This document shows positions 13,107 through 27,178 of a DNA stretch of 64,000 bases, piece by piece. The notes below the pieces were generated by a model that ran no database searches, was not told the origin of the DNA, and saw nothing but the letters and a program-made list of their open reading frames with translations. This stretch comes from Eledone cirrhosa. Taxonomy: Eukaryota. Location: positions 14,260,001 through 14,324,000 of the forward strand of contig OZ024758.1 of the NCBI GenBank assembly GCA_964016885.1, in the 5' to 3' direction. A program made the translations under genes and the position numbers. Positions within the stretch are counted from its first letter, which is position 1. Every line of letters begins with the position of its first letter.

Positions 13107-13379
13107 ATGGATGTTATCCAACCATTTTGCTCGGGGTTTACCCCTGGGTCTCTTGCCAGTTGGTTTTGCCCGTAAAATCTGTCCAGCGATTCTTTCCTGA
13201 AACATTCTAACTACCCACATGCCCATAGTACTGGAGCTGTGATCTCTGAGCTTGGTTGGTCACGCTTGGGGATCCAGCCAGATCAGTTGGAGACGGTTGT
13301 TTCTGACAGGACCCACTGGAAGGAGTGTTTGAGGGCTCTGCCCCTACGACCCTCTCAGGAATAAGTGGACGAAGAAGAA
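13107..13379 (+). mobile_element. Short RTE-like LINE insertion with 5' inversion and 10-bp TSD
   Basis: Same family as 38733-39520; 13107-13247 antisense, 13248-13379 sense; gtatgtattt on both sides. Confidence 0.82.
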
Positions 13380-13971
13380 GTATGTATTTTTTGTATGTAA
13401 TATTTAGCTGCTATTTCTAGTAGACTGGACAACGCGTGTGTCCGGCTACGTTAGCTTAGCGTGGGACACTTGTTGCAACATATATATTCATAGCTACACA
13501 CATACACACATACATACACTCACGCACACACACACACACAAACCACACACATACACACACACACCCACCCACAAACAAACAAAATCATGTTTTGACATGT
13601 AATATTTTTTGTTTGTTTACATTTGTTTTGTTTTTACGTTACTCTCTATTTTTCTCTCTTTCTATTCATTGTATGTCTCTCTCTTTCCGAGTCCCTCTCT
13701 CTACCTTTACCTTCTTACTCTCCCTCTCTCCTGAATCAGTCTCTCTCACTCTAACCCCTTACTCCCTCTCACACCTCACCCAATTTCTCATTTCCCCCAC
13801 TTAGTCTCTTTTTTTCTCTTCTCTCTCTTCCTATAGCCCCTCTCTCTCTCTCTCTCTCATCCTATAGCCCCCCCTCTCTCTCTCATGATATAGCCCCTCT
13901 CTCTCTCTCATGATATAGCCCCTCTCTCTCTCTCATGATATAGCCCCTCTCTCTCTCTCATGATATAGCCC

Positions 13972-14021
<50 letters not shown>

Positions 14022-14040
14022 AAAGTTCTATTTAAATTGT

Positions 14041-14097
<57 letters not shown>

Positions 14098-14293
14098 CTG
14101 GCTATAACATCAAATAAACTAAGTGAAGGATTTTAAAGAATCTTTCTTACATCAGGTCTATATTTTGGTTTCTAACGTTTTAATTAAGATATTGAGATAT
14201 AGAAATAGGCGTTTTTGTTTTGGGTCTGTCGCCCACCTTCGTAACATATTTCTACAATGTGTATGTATGTATATATATATATATATATATATA

Positions 14294-15090
14294 CGAGGAT
14301 GATCTGAAAAGTTCATTGACTTACTATAAAGGAGTGATGCTAGAGCTGTAAAATCTTGCATGCATTAATTTTAACTCTTATTAATAACTGCATTGTTTCT
14401 TTCCAGGGGCTATGTTGAAAAATAAACCTCATTTGGTCATTCCACGAGAGTATCTTGGTCAGTCTATGAAGGAGTGATGCTAGAGCTGTGAAATCTTGCA
14501 CGTATTAATTTCAACTCTTCTAATTAATAACTGCATTGTCTCTTATCAAGTAAACCGACATCTGACTGTTCAAAGAAGGCTTCAAAAGTAACTTGTAGTG
14601 ACTTCTCTTGAAAATGGACAAAATTTGGCATCGTAGTGTTATCAAGAATCTGGAGAAAACGGGGTTTAGCCCCCAAGGACATTCATGCTGACATGGTTGC
14701 TACATGGTTGCTACATTAACGGATGACACTCCAGCTTTGTCAACAGTGCAAAAGTGGGCAGCTGAATTTCGGAGAAGAAGGGAGAGTCTTGAAGATGACC
14801 CAAGGTCTAGACGTCCTGCAGTTGTCACCACTAAGGAAAACATTGATTGTGTTCACCACATGGTATTGGATGACAGGCAATTGACTATAAATCAACTAAC
14901 CAATGTTATTAGCATTTCTCATGAGAGAGTTGCGAATATTCTGCACAATAAACTTGGCATAATAAATGTTTCTGCTAGGTGGGTGCTATGTCTTCTGACA
15001 CCTGATCACATCACAGGAAAATCTGACATTGTTTGCAGCAGATCCAGCTGATTTCCTTGAAAGTTTCCTAAATCCAAGATAAGTGTTATT
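14294..15090 (+). mobile_element. Truncated mariner transposon (left TIR and N-terminal transposase pseudogene)
   Basis: TA then cgaggatgatctgaaaagtt; ATG at 14614; STVQKWAAEFRRRRESLEDDPRSRRP, ILHNKLG..VSARWV; frameshifted. Confidence 0.88.
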
Positions 15091-15327
15091 CATGGAGAAA
15101 GAACACAGTTCCATAATTTGTAAATTACAAATGGGCACACTATCTAGAACCTTCAAAATCTGTGAAACATTCTTACAAATCAAAAAATGAATAATTGCAC
15201 AGGGAATGATGAAAATTTTCTTTCCTTTACAAATTTGCCACCAGGATGGTGGTCAGTCAAAAATAAACTTGAGATTAAGAGAAAGAAACCAAACATACAT
15301 ACACATTGTATTATTTAATGATTCTGA

Positions 15328-15517
15328 GGGCGGTGGATTGGCAGTATCGGTAGAGGGCCGGACGCCATGCTTTCCAGCATAGTTACGTCCCTTTACGATC
15401 TGAGTTCAAATCCCACCGAGGTTAACTTTGCCTTTCATCCTTACGGGGTCGATAAAATAAAGTACCAGTAATGCACTGGGTAATTGCTGGCCTTGTGCCT
15501 AAAGTAGAAACAATTAT
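15328..15517 (+). mobile_element. tRNA-derived SINE with Nin/Deu-like domain
   Basis: A/B boxes plus gcctttcatccttacggggtcgataaaataaagtaccag; about 20 copies in the window (e.g. 622, 6908, 7110, 12716, 27220, 27825, 37108, 43585, 44230, 49578, 60513, 61666, 63902). Confidence 0.85.
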
Positions 15518-15630
15518 TTAATGATTCTGAAGAATTCAGTACAGAGGAATAAAATGCTATTTCCTTCTGTATTTGAAAGAAATGATTGTAAATCTACTAG
15601 ATAATATAATTAGACCCAAGTTATTTATTC

Positions 15631-15672
<42 letters not shown>

Positions 15673-15674
<2 letters not shown>

Positions 15675-15768
15675 GGGTGTCCCAAAAATGTATACACACT
15701 TTGATTACCTGTACAGGCAATATTTATTAGAATGCAGTTTTTGTGTATACATTTTGGGGGGACACCCT
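15673..15768. mobile_element. Tc1/mariner-like MITE (cagggtgtcccaaaa...ggggacaccct)
   Basis: Terminal inverted repeats in TA context; relatives at ~45977-46056 and ~46216-46308. Confidence 0.6.
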
Positions 15769-16503
15769 ATATATATATATATAATATATGATGTGATATA
15801 TATTATATATATATATGTTACATGTACAACTGTAATATGTACACGTATATTTTAACCTAACTATATATACATATATTTTAACCTAACTATATATACATAT
15901 ATTTTAACCTAACTATATATATATATATTTTAACCCAACTATGTATACATATATCTTAACAGCTATCACTGTGCTCATGCAAAATATTTATATATATATA
16001 TATAGTAATAATAATAATTTTAAAGACTAAAATCCAAAGAGGGTTCGATAAGGATAAATATATATCAAATATAGAAGATCCCGTTAAGGATGAAAGCAGT
16101 GATTCTTTGCTTAAAATTTAATCTGTTATTTTAATAAATATATATATAAATATTTTGCATGAGTACAGTGATAGCTATGTGGTTAAGATATATATATATA
16201 TATATATAGATATATATATATACATGTAACATGTTTTTTACAAAATTTAATTGACTGAATGCCAAAGTGTAACATCACATGACCAGGGTGTAATATATAT
16301 TGACCAATCAAAACCTTAGAAGGTATTTCAAAGCTGAGTAGAAGATCTAAAGAAACGTAATGGCAGCCATAACAAAATTAAAGATTAAAATCTAAAAATA
16401 TTGGCAGCTAAGTGAACACAATGCACTTCAAAACCTCCTTTCTTAAATAATAGCGTGTGTAGTTATACCCATGTGGTTAAGATGTCCTCTTTGTGTGTGT
16501 GTA

Positions 16504-16666
16504 CCAGACCTGCCAACCTCTAAAAGCCCAAACGGGGTGTATCATGAAAAAAAAGTGCTCCAAAACGGGGGAAAATGAGGCAAAACAGGGAAAATTATGT
16601 AATGAAAGCTATACCCATTTTGGAATGGGTGGGAGATCTCCCTGTTGGAAGAGTTGATAGGTCTGG
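16504..16666. mobile_element. MITE with ccagacctgccaac terminal inverted repeat
   Basis: Imperfect inverted ends; second copy at ~32968-33156. Confidence 0.55.
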
Positions 16667-16884
16667 TGTACAGTTATATCCATGTGGTAAATATGTTCAC
16701 TTAGACCAGGGGTCTGCATCTCACCTACATATGGTCCCACGTTTTAGTGAGTGTACAGGAGATGTTGGCATGTCTTTAACACACCTGAGGGGGGTCCTCT
16801 CAACCCTTTGTTTAGCAAGCTTTCTGTGGCTGGATGCCCTTCCTTTATATATATTAGCAATAGCACTAATGTAGCATTTAACAA

Positions 16885-17200
16885 TCATCATCATCATCCA
16901 GCGACCTCAGCCAAAATGGACTCAACAATTGATCTCCACATGGGCCTGTCGTTCACTGCCGCTGCCAAATCCTGGATTTCAACACCAGAATCTCTGGAGA
17001 TGACATCGGGATAGAAGAGCTTGCGTCCCCTGTTATTAGTGACTGCTTATGGTTTCGAAAGCACTAATGGGGGCACAGCCTCATAGGTGGCATGATGGCA
17101 GTGGCCAGCAAATCTTACTCTCCACGACAGATATGCGTGGGAGGCTGGCATACATTTCTTTCAAAGTCAGATGTCGCCATAATAGAGGTGTATATGATAG
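16885..17200 (-). mobile_element. Old RTE LINE 3' remnant
   Basis: Hand translation gives WRHLTLKEMYASLPRIS, RFAGHC and DRPMWRSIV across frameshifts. Confidence 0.55.
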
Positions 17201-18380
17201 GCATATACTATATTTTTATATACAATAAACATATGAGAGAGCCTTGCTATAAAGAAACAAATATTTTTCTCTTTTGCTCTGTGAACATATCACAGATATC
17301 TCAGTAGCTGTTGAGAATGCCAGACAGCTGTTTCAAGATTCATTAATTTTTCATCAGTGACATCCACTCAACAAGTTGACCTTGTGCCTAAATCAGAAAC
17401 CATTATCTCTTACAGGCTATTGAACAGACATATTGTAAACCCTGTGAGCTTAAAGAAACATGTTTACAGCCATAGTATGTCAAAACAATGTAAAACATGA
17501 TTTTGACATGAAACAAACAGCTAATGTATATTATCATTCAATATCATCATTTAATTCTATCATTTTAAAGTAAATATATGTGTGTGTGTGTGTGCATGAC
17601 TATATTTGTATGTATATATGTATGTAGGTATATTTGTATGCATGTTCCATTTCTCTTAATTTCAAGTACATTTTTGACTGGCCACCTTCCCGGTGGCAAA
17701 GTTATAAAAGAAAAGAAATTGTCATCCCTTGAATCGCAAGAATGTTTTGCAAATTTCGAAGGAGGAAATGCCTTCTCCATTCTGACCGCCGGGGTTGTGG
17801 GGCAGCCAGCACGTGGGGCTACATTTACTCATAATAGAGAGAGAGATGGGGAGGGCGAGAGAGATGGAGGCAATGATAGTGGGATTCGGCCCTTCTGTGT
17901 TCGGACCTGGTGCACAGCATCAGTTGTCTGTAAGGAGGTAGTGATTCATATACTATTATCTAGGGCGCTGATTTCACGGGGTGCATTTCCACAAAATATA
18001 ATTAGGTGCCAGATATCGCGGTCATTTGTAGTCTATGAATTAGGGAGCTGCGCTGTATATATGTATGTATGCATATTTGTATTTATATATGCATGTATAT
18101 TTGTATGTATGTGTGTGTATGTACCTACGTACATATATATGTATGCATATCTGTATGTATATATACATATATATATATGTATATATATATGTGTGTATAT
18201 TTGTAACGAAGGAAGATGGTAAGGAACCAGATGGACCATAACGCACCAGAGTACTCAATACTTAGGGTAGTAGAGTGGGTAATAGGAAAATGTTCAAGAC
18301 CCCGACGGCAGACCTCTGCCGTCGGGGTTTTGAACATTTTCCATATGTATATTTGTATATATATATATGTATATATGTAT

Positions 18381-18720
18381 GGAGGCACATGGCTTAGTAG
18401 TTAGAGCATTGGCCTTGCAATCGAAAGGTTGCGAGTTCAATTCTCAGACCGGGTGATGTGTTGTTTCCTCTAGCAAGACACTTTATTTCACATTGCTCCA
18501 GTTTACTCAGCTGTAGAAATGAGATGATAGGAACTGGGGACCATATCATTCCACTGCAAAGTGGTCATGGAGGTACCACGGAAAAAAGCACCCAGCACTC
18601 ACTGTAAATAGTTGGTGTTAGGAAGGGCATCCAGCTGTAGAAATCAAGCCAGAATCAGTTCCCGTCCCACCCTTGCAAGCAGGGAAAAGTGGACGTAAAA
18701 TGAAATGATGAATGATGATG
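18381..18720 (+). mobile_element. tRNA/RTE SINE copy
   Basis: Near-identical to 7671-8043. Confidence 0.85.
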
Positions 18721-19899
18721 TATATATGTATGTATATATATATATACATATATGTATATTTGTATGCTGTATGTATTTGGTTTTGTTTTTAATTATGAAA
18801 AGAGAGAGAAAGAGAGGGTGAGAGAGATATGAAATAAATTATGATTGTACTATTTAAATGTTTATATGTGTGTATTAGAGGAGATCTTACTTCTTACTTT
18901 TCTATGGTTAGACTACTTCAGTTCCAAAGGTCAACTATATAGACTGACCATTTTCTGGAATAGTTAACACAAGCTCACTTGATAATTACATTCAGCAGTA
19001 TAAGAATCATTTTATAAATCTGTCCTTAGTATTGTCCATAGGTCATTTTTGCTGACCTTTGTTGGATGAATATAACAAAGCTTGTAGAATTTATTTTTTT
19101 TCCACCATACATCCTCTCTCTAACCCTTTAGCATTTAAATAATAATAATAATAATGAAATTATTGTGTACAGTGCTCAGGTGCACTACAACTCATCAAAG
19201 GTGCATGTATAGTACATAGAATAATGTACAAACTGGCCGTATCCGGCCAGAATTCTCTCACCCCTTTCTGTTAAAACTGGTTGTAATCGGCCACTCATAC
19301 TTATGTTAAGGTATTGTTCTCAAAATAAATAGTATCAAAGTCTCATAGATTTGATATTATGTGAGATAATTATGTAAGATATTGTGAGATATTATTTGAG
19401 ATATGAGATAATTATGTAAGATATTGTGAGATATTATATGAGATAATAATGTAAGATATTGTGAGATATTATGTGAGATATTGTGAGATAATTATGTGAG
19501 GTAAAGCCTTTACCATATAAATATAATAGTAAATATAGAGTAATGTAAATGTTAAAGGGTTAAACATCTCTCTTACGTCTTTTTTTACTGATTTTCTTCC
19601 CCAATTTATGTTATACTGACCTACAACTGTTATTTTGTTTCTATTTCTACATGGTTAATAGATCTGTTAGAAATAACAGCCAAATCTCCCACGTTCCGTT
19701 TCTACATCATTTGCTTTCAATATGTTATGTATTCAATTTTCATTAATTGAATCATCATAATCATCATCATCACCTGTAAATCAGGCCAGGGTTTTTACAG
19801 CTGGATACCCTACCTAACACCAACCACATTTGCAGTGTGGAACTGGATGGCATTGTTATGAAGAGGGACAGGCCAGTTGGCCACGTTGAACCTTTCTCA

Positions 19900-22800
19900 C
19901 AGTGGAACCATAGTTTTGGAGCCTGTAACTGGATGGCACAGCTATGAGGAGGGACCAAACCCATCACTCAGCGGAACCATAGTTTTGGAGCCTGTAACTG
20001 GATGGCACAGCTATGAGGAGGGACCAAACCCATCACTCAGCGGAACCATAGTTTTGGAGCCTGTAACTGGATGGCACAGCTATGAGGAGGGACCAAACCC
20101 ATCACTCAGCGGAACCATAGTTTTGGAGCCTGTAACTGGATGGCACAGTTATAAGGAGGGACCAAACCCATCACTCAGCGGAACCACAGTTTTGGAGCCT
20201 GTAACTGGATGGCACTGTTATAAGGAGGGACCAAACCCATCACTCAGCGGAACCATAGTTTTGGAGCCTGTAACTGGATGGCACTGTTATAAGGAGGGAC
20301 CAAACCCATCACTCAGCGGAACCATAGTTTTGGAGCCTGTAACTGGATGGCACTGTTATAAGGAGGGACCAAACCCATCACTCAGCGGAACCATAGTTTT
20401 GGAGCCTGTAACTGGATGGCACTGTTATAAGGAGGGACCAAACCCATCACTCAGCGGAACCATAGTTTTGGAGCCTGTAACTGGATGGCACAGCTATGAG
20501 GAGGGACCAAACCCATCACTCAGCGGAACCATAGTTTTGGAGCCTGTAACTGGATGGCACAGCTATGAGGAGGGACCAAACCCATCACTCAGCGGAACCA
20601 TAGTTTTGGAGCCTGTAACTGGATGGCACTGTTATAAGGAGGGACCAAACCCATCACTCAGCGGAACCATAGTTTTGGAGCCTGTAACTGGATGGCACAG
20701 CTATGAGGAGGGACCAAACCCATCACTCAGCGGAACCATAGTTTTGGAGCCTGTAACTGGATGGCACTGTTATAAGGAGGGACCAAACCCATCACTCAGC
20801 GGAACCATAGTTTTGGAGCCTGTAACTGGATGGCACAGCTATGAGGAGGGACCAAACCCATCACTCAGCGGAACCATAGTTTTGGAGCCTGTAACTGGAT
20901 GGCACTGTTATAAGGAGGGACCAAACCCATCACTCAGCGGAACCATAGTTTTGGAGCCTGTAACTGGATGGCACTGTTATAAGGAGGGACCAAACCCATC
21001 ACTCAGCGGAACCATAGTTTTGGAGCCTGTAACTGGATGGCACAGCTATGAGGAGGGACCAAACCCATCACTCAGCGGAACCATAGTTTTGGAGCCTGTA
21101 ACTGGATGGCACAGCTATGAGGAGGGACCAAACCCATCACTCAGCGGAACCATAGTTTTGGAGCCTGTAACTGGATGGCACTGTTATAAGGAGGGACCAA
21201 ACCCATCACTCAGCGGAACCATAGTTTTGGAGCCTGTAACTGGATGGCACAGCTATGAGGAGGGACCAAACCCATCACTCAGCGGAACCATAGTTTTGGA
21301 GCCTGTAACTGGATGGCACTGTTATAAGGAGGGACCAAACCCATCACTCAGCGGAACCATAGTTTTGGAGCCTGTAACTGGATGGCACTGTTATAAGGAG
21401 GGACCAAACCCATCACTCAGCGGAACCATAGTTTTGGAGCCTGTAACTGGATGGCACTGTTATAAGGAGGGACCAAACCCATCACTCAGCGGAACCATAG
21501 TTTTGGAGCCTGTAACTGGATGGCACAGCTATGAGGAGGGACCAAACCCATCACTCAGCGGAACCATAGTTTTGGAGCCTGTAACTGGATGGCACTGTTA
21601 TAAGGAGGGACCAAACCCATCACTCAGCGGAAGCATAGTTTTGGAGCCTGTAACTGGATGGCACTGTTATAAGGAGGGACCAAACCCATCACTCAGCGGA
21701 ACCATAGTTTTGGAGCCTGTAACTGGATGGCACAGCTATGAGGAGGGACCAAACCCATCACTCAGCGGAACCATAGTTTTGGAGCCTGTAACTGGATGGC
21801 ACTGTTATAAGGAGGGACCAAACCCATCACTCAGCGGAAGCATAGTTTTGGAGCCTGTAACTGGATGGCACTGTTATAAGGAGGGACCAAACCCATCACT
21901 CAGCGGAAGCATAGTTTTGGAGCCTGTAACTGGATGGCACTGTTATAAGGAGGGACCAAACCCATCACTCAGCGGAACCATAGTTTTGGAGCCTGTAACT
22001 GGATGGCACTGTTATAAGGAGGGACCAAACCCATCACTCAGCGGAAGCATAGTTTTGGAGCCTGTAACTGGATGGCACTGTTATAAGGAGGGACCAAACC
22101 CATCACTCAGCGGAACCATAGTTTTGGAGCCTGTAACTGGATGGCACAGCTATGAGGAGGGACCAAACCCATCACTCAGCGGAACCATAGTTTTGGAGCC
22201 TGTAACTGGATGGCACTGTTATAAGGAGGGACCAAACCCATCACTCAGCGGAAGCATAGTTTTGGAGCCTGTAACTGGATGGCACTGTTATAAGGAGGGA
22301 CCAAACCCATCACTCAGCGGAACCATAGTTTTGGAGCCTGTAACTGGATGGCACTGTTATAAGGAGGGACCAAACCCATCACTCAGCGGAACCATAGTTT
22401 TGGAGCCTGTAACTGGATGGCACTGTTATAAGGAGGGACCAAACCCATCACTCAGCGGAACCATAGTTTTGGAGCCTGTAACTGGATGGCACTGTTATAA
22501 GGAGGGACCAAACCCATCACTCAGCGGAACCATAGTTTTGGAGCCTGTAACTGGATGGCACAGCTATAAGGAGGGACCAAACCCATCACTCAGCGGAACC
22601 ACAGTTTTGGAGCCTGTAACTGGATGGCACTGTTATAAGGAGGGACCAAACCCATCACTCAGCGGAACCATAGTTTTGGAGCCTGTAACTGGATGGCACT
22701 GTTATAAGGAGGGACCAAACCCATCACTCAGCGGAACCATAGTTTTGGAGCCTGTAACTGGATGGCACTGTTATAAGGAGGGACCAAACCCATCACTCAG

Positions 22801-24030
22801 CGGAACCACAGTTTTGGAGCCTGTAACTGGATGGCACTGTTATAAGGAGGGACCAAACCCATCACTCAGCGGAACCATAGTTTTGGAGCCTGTAACTGGA
22901 TGGCACTGTTATAAGGAGGGACCAAACCCATCACTCAGCGGAACCATAGTTTTGGAGCCTGTAACTGGATGGCACTGTTATAAGGAGGGACCAAACCCAT
23001 CACTCAGCGGAACCATAGTTTTGGAGCCTGTAACTGGATGGCACTGTTATAAGGAGGGACCAAACCCATCACTCAGCGGAACCACAGTTTTGGAGCCTGT
23101 AACTGGATGGCACTGTTATAAGGAGGGACCAAACCCATCACTCAGCGGAACCACAGTTTTGGAGCCTGTAACTGGATGGCACTGTTATAAGGAGGGACCA
23201 AACCCATCACTCAGCGGAACCATAGTTTTGGAGCCTGTAACTGGATGGCACTGTTATAAGGAGGGACCAAACCCATCACTCAGCGGAACCATAGTTTTGG
23301 AGCCTGTAACTGGATGGCACTGTTATAAGGAGGGACCAAACCCATCACTCAGCGGAACCACAGTTTTGGAGCCTGTAACTGGATGGCACTGTTATAAGGA
23401 GGGACCAAACCCATCACTCAGCGGAACCACAGTTTTGGAGCCTGTAACTGGATGGCACTGTTATAAGGAGGGACCAAACCCATCACTCAGCGGAACCATA
23501 GTTTTGGAGCCTGTAACTGGATGGCACTGTTATAAGGAGGGACCAAACCCATCACTCAGCGGAACCATAGTTTTGGAGCCTGTAACTGGATGGCACTGTT
23601 ATAAGGAGGGACCAAACCCATCACTCAGCGGAACCATAGTTTTGGAGCCTGTAACTGGATGGCACTGTTATAAGGAGGGACCAAACCCATCACTCAGCGG
23701 AACCATAGTTTTGGAGCCTGTAACTGGATGGCACTGTTATAAGGAGGGACCAAACCCATCACTCAGCGGAACCATAGTTTTGGAGCCTGTAACTGGATGG
23801 CACAGCTATGAGGAGGGACCAAACCCATCACTCAGCGGAACCATAGTTTTGGAGCCTGTAACTGGATGGCAGAGCTATGAGGAGGGACCAAACCCATCAC
23901 TCAGCGGAACCATAGTTTTGGAGCCTGTAACTGGATGGCACAGCTATGAGGAGGGACCAAACCCATCACTCAGCGGAACCATAGTTTTGGAGCCTGTAAC
24001 TGGATGGCACCACTATGAAGAGGGGCAGAC
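19900..24030. repeat. 69-bp minisatellite, about 60 copies
   Basis: Unit ggaaccatagttttggagcctgtaactggatggcac(agc/tgt)tat(g/a)aggagggaccaaacccatcactcagc; period 69 (19912 to 19981). Confidence 0.97.
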
Positions 24031-24409
24031 TAGTTGGCCACCCCGACGCTCTGAACCCTTCTCACGGTGAGATACAAAATATTAATACAGTAAACATGCC
24101 ACATGGCCACATCCATCAGACCTAATGTAGGATATTTAAATGTTTCTTTCAAATCAACTGACAGAGTTGAGTTGCTTGAGTGAGGTAAATGTTGCTGTAT
24201 TTAGTGCAATCAGTCACATACTGACCTTTAAAGATTGCCATGTTGTGCCCTTCTGTATTCAAATACTGACAACTGATTGAGCAGGATTGTGTCAACTATA
24301 CCACCCAACTCTTCACTTTTAAAGAAAACATTATTCTGTTAAATGTCTAAAAGCTTGAGATGAGTTATTGTTAATACAATCATGTTGTTTAGTATTGTTA
24401 ACTGTTGTG

Positions 24410-24937
24410 CTCATAATCATCACCATCATTGTCATCATATTGAAAGTCCTTCTCTTCCTCCTCTTCCTCATCATCATCATCATCAGCACCACACCACTAC
24501 AAGTGATACCATCATTACCATCACCACCACCACCACCACCACCACTACAACTGTTACCATCATCACCACCTCCACTACAACCATCATCACCACCACCACC
24601 ACTACTACTGTTACCATCACCACCACCACTACAACCATCACCACCACCACTGTTACCATCACTACAACCATCACCACCATCACCACTACAACCATCACCA
24701 CCACCACCACCACTACAACCATCACCACCACCACCACCACCACAACCATCATCACTACCACCACCACCACCACTACCACTGTTACTATCACCACCACCAC
24801 AACCAGTTACCATCACCAAACACTACTACCATCACCATTACCATTGTTACCATCCCCACCATCATTATCATCACCACGACCACAACCATCAACATCCCTA
24901 TCACCAATCATCATCATCACTATCATCATCATCATCA
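24410..24937. repeat. (CAC/CAT)n low-complexity tract
   Basis: Imperfect trinucleotide run; similar tracts at 1920-2240 and 28450-29030. Confidence 0.9.
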
Positions 24938-25174
24938 TTTAATGTCTGTTTTCCATGCCGACTTGTGTTGGTGAGGCTATTACAGAACAGGTCAGCTCTT
25001 ATTCAGAGATACAACCCTCATAGATTGGTTATAGGAAGAAGTAGAGACCCAGGGGCAGACCCCGAGCAAGATGGTTGGATAACATCCATGAGCTTGGCTG
25101 GTCTCACTTGGGGATCCAGCCTGATTAGTTGGAGACGACTGCTTCTGACAGGACCCACTGGAGGGAGTGTTTAA

Positions 25175-27178
25175 CCCTTTAACATTCACATTTCTCTATA
25201 TATACTATTGTATTTTCATGGTAAAGGCTTTACCTCACATAACATTCACATTACTCTATATATACTATTGTATTTTCATGGTAAAGGCTTTACCTCACAT
25301 AATTATCTCACATGACATTCACATTACTCTATATATACTATTGTATTTTCATGGTAAAGGCTTTACCTCACATAACATTCACATTACTCTATATATACTA
25401 TTGTATTTTCATGGTAAAGGCTTTACCTCACATAATTATCTCACATGACATTCACATTACTCTATATATACTATTGTATTTTCATGGTAAAGGCTTTACC
25501 TCACATAACATTCACATTACTCTATATATACTGTTGTATTTTCATGGTAAAGGCTTTACCTCACATAACATTCACATTACTCTATATATACTATTGTATT
25601 TTCATGGTAAAGGCTTTACCTCACATAATTATCTCACATGACATTCACATTACTCTATATATACTATTGTATTTTCATGGTAAAGGCTTTACCTCACATA
25701 ACATTCACATTACTCTATATATACTATTGTATTTTCATGGTAAAGGCTTTACCTCACATAACATTCACATTACTCTATATATACTATTATATTTTCATGG
25801 TAAAAGCTTTACCTCACATAATTATCTCACATAACATTCACATTACTCTATATATACTATTGTATTTTCATGGTAAAGGCTTTACCTCACATAACATTCA
25901 CATTACTCTATATATACTATTGTATTTTCATGGTAAAGGCTTTACCTCACATAATTATCTCACATGACATTCACATTACTCTATATATACTATTGTATTT
26001 TCATGGTAAAGGCTTTACCTCACATAAATATCTCACATGACATTCACATTACTCTATATATACTATTGTATTTTCATGGTAAAGGCTTTACCTCACATAA
26101 ATATCTCACATGACATTCACATTACTCTATATATACTATTGTATTTTCATGGTAAAGGCTTTACCTCACATAAATATCTCACATGACATTCACATTACTC
26201 TATATATACTATTGTATTGTCATGGTAAAGGCTTTACCTCATAATATCTCACAACATTCACATTACTCTATATATACTATTGTATTTTCATGGTAAAGGC
26301 TTTACCTCACATAAATATCTCACATGACATTCACATTACTCTATATATACTATTGTATTTTCATGGTAAAGGCTTTACCTCACATAAATATCTCACATGA
26401 CATTCACATTACTCTATATATACTATTGTATTTTCATGGTAAAGGCTTTACCTCACATAAATATCTCACATGACATTCACATTACTCTATATATACTATT
26501 GTATTTTCATGGTAAAGGCTTTACCTCACATAAATATCTCACATGACATTCACATTACTCTATATATACTATTGTATTTTCATGGTAAAGGCTTTACCTC
26601 ACATAATATCTCACAACATTCACATTACTCTATATATACTATTGTATTTTCATGGTAAAGGCTTTACCTCACATAAATATCTCATGACATTTACATTACT
26701 CTATATATACTATTGTATTTTCATGGTAAAGGCTTTACCTCACATAAATATCTCACATAACATTCACATTACTCTATATATACTATTGTATTTTCATTGT
26801 AAAGGCTTTACCTCACATAAATATCTCACATAACATTCACATTACTCTATATATACTATTATATTTTCATGGTAAAGGCTTTACCTCACATAAATATCTC
26901 ACATAGCATTCACATTACTCTATATATACTATTGTATTTTCATGGTAAAGGCTTTACCTCACATAACATTCCCATTACTCTATATATACTATTGTATTTT
27001 CATGGTAAAGGCTTTACCTCACATAATTATCTCACATAATATCGAATCTATGAGATTTTGAAAGTATTTATTTTGAGAACAATACCTTAACATCAGTTTG
27101 AGCAACCGGTTACAGCCAGTTTCAACAGAAAGAGGTAGAGAATTCTGGCCGGTTTTGGCTGGTTTGAACACTAAAGGG
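25175..27178. mobile_element. TTAA-flanked piggyBac-like MITE expanded by an internal 60/73-bp tandem array, nested in an RTE-like fragment
   Basis: ttaa-cccttta...taaaggg-ttaa; host LINE sequence resumes across the site (25035-25174 / 27183-27212). Confidence 0.8.

Noticed and set aside
17113-17250. Minus-strand exon candidate with gtaag donor
   Set aside because: Sequence continues through the donor as RTE-like RFAGHC; LINE remnant
15143-17765. Inverted pair 15143-15290 / 17645-17765 as TIRs of one transposon
   Set aside because: Diverged, no TSD, unrelated content between them; more likely two dispersed copies
19900-24030. CRISPR-like array
   Set aside because: Units are contiguous with no unique spacers, there are no cas genes, and the context is eukaryotic
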